Assembly: GCA_963677925.2 (NCBI GenBank)
Contig: CAXXYH010000004.1
Location: 1,088,001-1,152,000 of the forward strand
DNA: 64,000 nt
Direction: 5' to 3'
Origin: Spirochaetia bacterium
GTDB lineage: Bacteria > Spirochaetota > Spirochaetia > UBA9216
The notes under the pieces were generated by a model, which saw only the letters and a program-made list of their open reading frames with translations, searched no databases and was not told where the DNA came from. The first letter of the stretch is position 1. Each line of letters starts with the position of its first letter. Made by a program: the position numbers and the translations under genes. This document shows, piece after piece, positions 61,480-64,000 of the stretch.

Positions 61480-61950
61480 GGACATCGCCGGAGCATGGTT
61501 ATGGGGTGGAGAAAGTTCCGAACAAGAAGTGATTACCAAATAGTTTGCAATATTCAATTCGCCCTAGATTGAGGAAGATTTTTGATTTTGATTTGGATGT
61601 TGTTGGAAGAAGGTCGTTAAAATTGACGAAGCTTGTTCTGGCGTGAAAGAAAAAGTATTGTCTTAAAATTATCAAAATCTTTTTTGAAGATGGAGCAGGT
61701 TTTACCATTTTGCAAGTCTGATTCACTCGCATAGCTCGTTGACTTGCGACTTAATAAAAATGATTGTTTTACTTGCAAAGGGCGAATAGAATATTGAGAA
61801 GAAATAGAAAGAGAAGATTGTATAGATTATTTGATTGATCGGAATCTTTCTCTAATAAAGGCGACGTCGCATAACAGGGCACATGCGGCTACGGGGTCAA
61901 GCCCCTTCGCCCAAATTGGCCTGCGGCCAACTTCGCATATGCCCGGGACG
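61474..61950 (+). other. cassette 10: ORF-less structured cassette (includes attC-like site 10, 61869-61956)
   Basis: no credible ORF; nested long-range complementary segments; paralog of cassette 11. Confidence 0.75.
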
Positions 61951-62426
61951 TTATGCGGACATCGCCGTAGCATGATCTTGGGGTGGAGAAAGTTCCGAAC
62001 CAGAAGTGATTACCAAATAGTTTGCAATATTCAATTCGCCCTGGATTGAGGGAGATTTTGGATTTTGATTTTGTGGTTGTCAGAAGAAAGCCGTTGCATC
62101 TGACGAAGTTTATTCTGACGTGGAAAAAAGTATTGTTTTATAATTATCAAAATCTGCTTCGTGGACTTGGCAGGGTTTTCCGTTTGGCAAGTCTGCCTCA
62201 CTCGCTTTGCTCGTTGACTTGCAGGTGAAATAAAAATGATTGTGAAAGTCGCAAAGGGCGAATAGAATATTGGGTAGAAATGGTAAGAGGAGATTTGTTA
62301 GGTCATTTGATTGATCGGAATCTTTCTCTAATAAAGGCGACGTCGCATAACAGGGCACATGCGGCTACGGGGGCAAGCCCCTTCGCCCAAATTGGCCTGC
62401 GGCCAACTTCGCATATGCCCGGGACG
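61951..62426 (+). other. cassette 11: ORF-less structured cassette (includes attC-like site 11, 62345-62432)
   Basis: diverged tandem copy of cassette 10 that keeps the paired segments. Confidence 0.75.
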
Positions 62427-62535
62427 TTATAGGAAATGCCCATCAAAATCTTTGAAAGATCCTCGCCATCCATGGCTCGGTTTAGAAGAATAGAAAGAAG
62501 TTGACAATCCACTACAATGTAATTACAGTATAAAT

Positions 62536-62820
62536 ATGGAACATATCCAGTTTGAATGGGATAATAAGAAAGATGAGCTAAATCAGAAGAAGCATAAGAT
62601 AGGTTTTGACGAGGCAAAAACTGTATTTTATGATCCATCTGCATTGTTGATTCATGATCCAGATCATTCTGAAGATGAAGAAAGATTCATAATTATGGGG
62701 ATGAGTCAAAGCTTGAAGATCTTAGTTGTTTGTCATTGTTATAGATCTAATGATGAAGTTATACGAATAATATCTGCTAGAAAAGCAGAGAAAGAAGAGA
62801 TTAGGCAATATGGAGGATGA
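62536..62820 (+). CDS. brnT: cassette 12: BrnT-family toxin
   Basis: FEWDNKK...N..KH.I.F..A..VF.D...EERF...G...IRIISARKA; candidate own promoter TTGACA at 62501. Confidence 0.9.
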   Translation: MEHIQFEWDNKKDELNQKKHKIGFDEAKTVFYDPSALLIHDPDHSEDEERFIIMGMSQSLKILVVCHCYRSNDEVIRIISARKAEKEEIRQYGG

Positions 62821-63040
62821 AGATATGAGAGATTCATATGATTTTTCGAATGCAAGAAAGAATCCTTACATTACAAAATTAAAGAAGCAAATCACAATCA
62901 GATTGGATGAAGAAACCATAGATTATTTTAAAGAGATGTCAGAAGAATCAGGGATAAAATATCAGCAATTAATAAATCTTTATCTGGCTGATTGTGCAAA
63001 GAAAAATCTAAAATTAAATATAAATTGGAAAGCCTCTTAA
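62810..63040 (+). CDS. brnA: cassette 12: BrnA-like (RHH) antitoxin
   Basis: YDFSNARKNPY...KKQITIRLD...IDYFK...GIKYQQLIN. Confidence 0.85.
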   Translation: MEDEDMRDSYDFSNARKNPYITKLKKQITIRLDEETIDYFKEMSEESGIKYQQLINLYLADCAKKNLKLNINWKAS

Positions 63041-63093
63041 AGCCCAAAGTACGTCCTGTACTTTGGGTAAATAATAAAAGTGATGGGCACTTC

Positions 63094-63188
63094 CTATAAC
63101 AGGGGCTATGTGCTTCGTCGCTATGCGCTCCTCGGGCTGCGCCACATACGGCTTACGCCGTACGTCACATAACCCCTGGACGTTAGCT
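63094..63188 (+). repeat. attC-like site 12 (short, 95 bp)
   Basis: CTATAAC...CACATAAC-CCCTGGAC-GTTAGCT. Confidence 0.9.
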
Positions 63189-63313
63189 GAAATGCCCCCG
63201 CGAAGAGAAAGACGCCCGGACCTCCGGCCGGCGGGCGATAAGGAAATTATAATATGCATAATTGATTTACAAGTCTAAATATAGTACTATATAAGCACTA
63301 ATAGGAGTTTATT

Positions 63314-63598
63314 ATGAATTTAAGAGAAGATATTAAGCCGATTTCATATATTAAAACAAACGCAGCAGACATGTTAAAACGTGTTAATGATACTCACAAC
63401 CCGATTGTAATAACCCAGAATGGTGAAGCAAAAGCAGTTTTGATGGATACTGAATCATATCAAGAAATGAGGAATAGTCTTGGAATTTTAAAATTGCTTG
63501 CAGAAGGTGAACGTGATATCGAAAAGGGAGATATCTATACACAAGATGAAGTTTTTGAAGAAATTGAAGCAAAACTGTTAAATATGAAGAAGAAATAA
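63314..63598 (+). CDS. cassette 13: Phd/YefM-family antitoxin
   Basis: IKPISYIK...PIVITQNGEAKAVLMD. Confidence 0.9.
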   Translation: MNLREDIKPISYIKTNAADMLKRVNDTHNPIVITQNGEAKAVLMDTESYQEMRNSLGILKLLAEGERDIEKGDIYTQDEVFEEIEAKLLNMKKK

Positions 63599-63602
63599 TG
63601 AT

Positions 63603-63917
63603 ATGGAAGTTATTTGGACTAAAACAGCAAAAAATGATTTAAATGAGATAGTTGAATATATAGCAAATGACTCTGTAGAAATAGCATTAAATAAATTTTA
63701 TGAAATTAGAGAAAGTACTAAACCCTTAGAGAAATTTCCTGAACAAGGAAGACTGATTCCAGAATTAAGAAATGAAAACATCTTGCGATATAGGGAAATT
63801 ATAATAAACCCATGGCGGATAATGTATAAAATAGAAGATAAGAAAGTTTATATTATAGCAGTCATAGATGGAAGAAGAAATGTTGAAGATGTTTTAATGA
63901 AAAGGCAACTTCGTTAA
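63603..63917 (+). CDS. cassette 13: RelE/ParE-family toxin
   Basis: WTKTAKNDL.EI.EYIA...FPEQGR..PEL...YRE....WRIMY...IAVIDGRR. Confidence 0.9.
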   Translation: MEVIWTKTAKNDLNEIVEYIANDSVEIALNKFYEIRESTKPLEKFPEQGRLIPELRNENILRYREIIINPWRIMYKIEDKKVYIIAVIDGRRNVEDVLMKRQLR

Positions 63918-63982
63918 AGAAACATTAAAAGAATCCAGACCTAACTCCGTCGAACGGTCTGGATGAAGAGCGGGGGCACTAC

Positions 63983-64000
63983 AGCTAACAGGGGCTATGT
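63983..64000 (+). repeat. attC-like site 13 (5' part, cut by the window end)
   Basis: AGCTAAC-AGGGGCTATGT. Confidence 0.8.

Larger units (their letters stand above)
50043..64000 (+). mobile_element. integron-like element: recombinase plus at least 13 cassettes, runs off the window end
   Basis: 13 related TAAC-AGGG...CATAAC-N8-GTTA repeats separate mostly single, co-oriented AT-rich ORFs. Confidence 0.92.

Noticed and set aside
54444-63259. Short ORFs overlapping the attC-like sites and ORF-less cassettes (e.g. 55724-55942, 57794-57988, 61499-61732, 62022-62228, 62303-62644)
   Set aside because: They are translations of palindromic repeat DNA and are not conserved between paralogous copies
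52789-64000. Repeats as a CRISPR array
   Set aside because: Repeats are 88-327 bp, separated by whole genes, and no cas genes are present

Overview
Bacterial chromosomal window, most likely a free-living spirochaete (inferred from gene content, a stand-alone groL and many lipoproteins). Positions 1-50000 are mostly housekeeping and metabolic genes: pgi, an argR-C-B-D-G-A operon with tandem ARG boxes, mnmA-birA, groL, T-box-controlled thrS and an IclR/L-galactonate-uxaB-uxaA cluster. This part also has an AT-rich lipoprotein islet and a Moco/tungsten-cofactor riboswitch in front of an unusual ABC operon that encodes a Cys-less, triple molybdopterin-binding-fold lipoprotein. From 50043 to the window end is an integron-like system. 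A tyrosine recombinase that lacks the IntI-specific insertion but has an N-terminal HARP-like domain is co-oriented with at least 13 AT-rich cassettes (Shedu, HEPN-like, two toxin-antitoxin pairs, lipoproteins, two ORF-less structured cassettes). The cassettes are separated by TAAC...GTTA attC-like sites of 88-327 bp. Each cassette has its own covarying 16-24 bp terminal inverted repeat with a conserved mismatch, and most have conserved sub-terminal hairpins. The long sites carry a covarying multibranch arm with a candidate embedded promoter. All family assignments come from motifs recognised by eye; no searches or folding programs were run.
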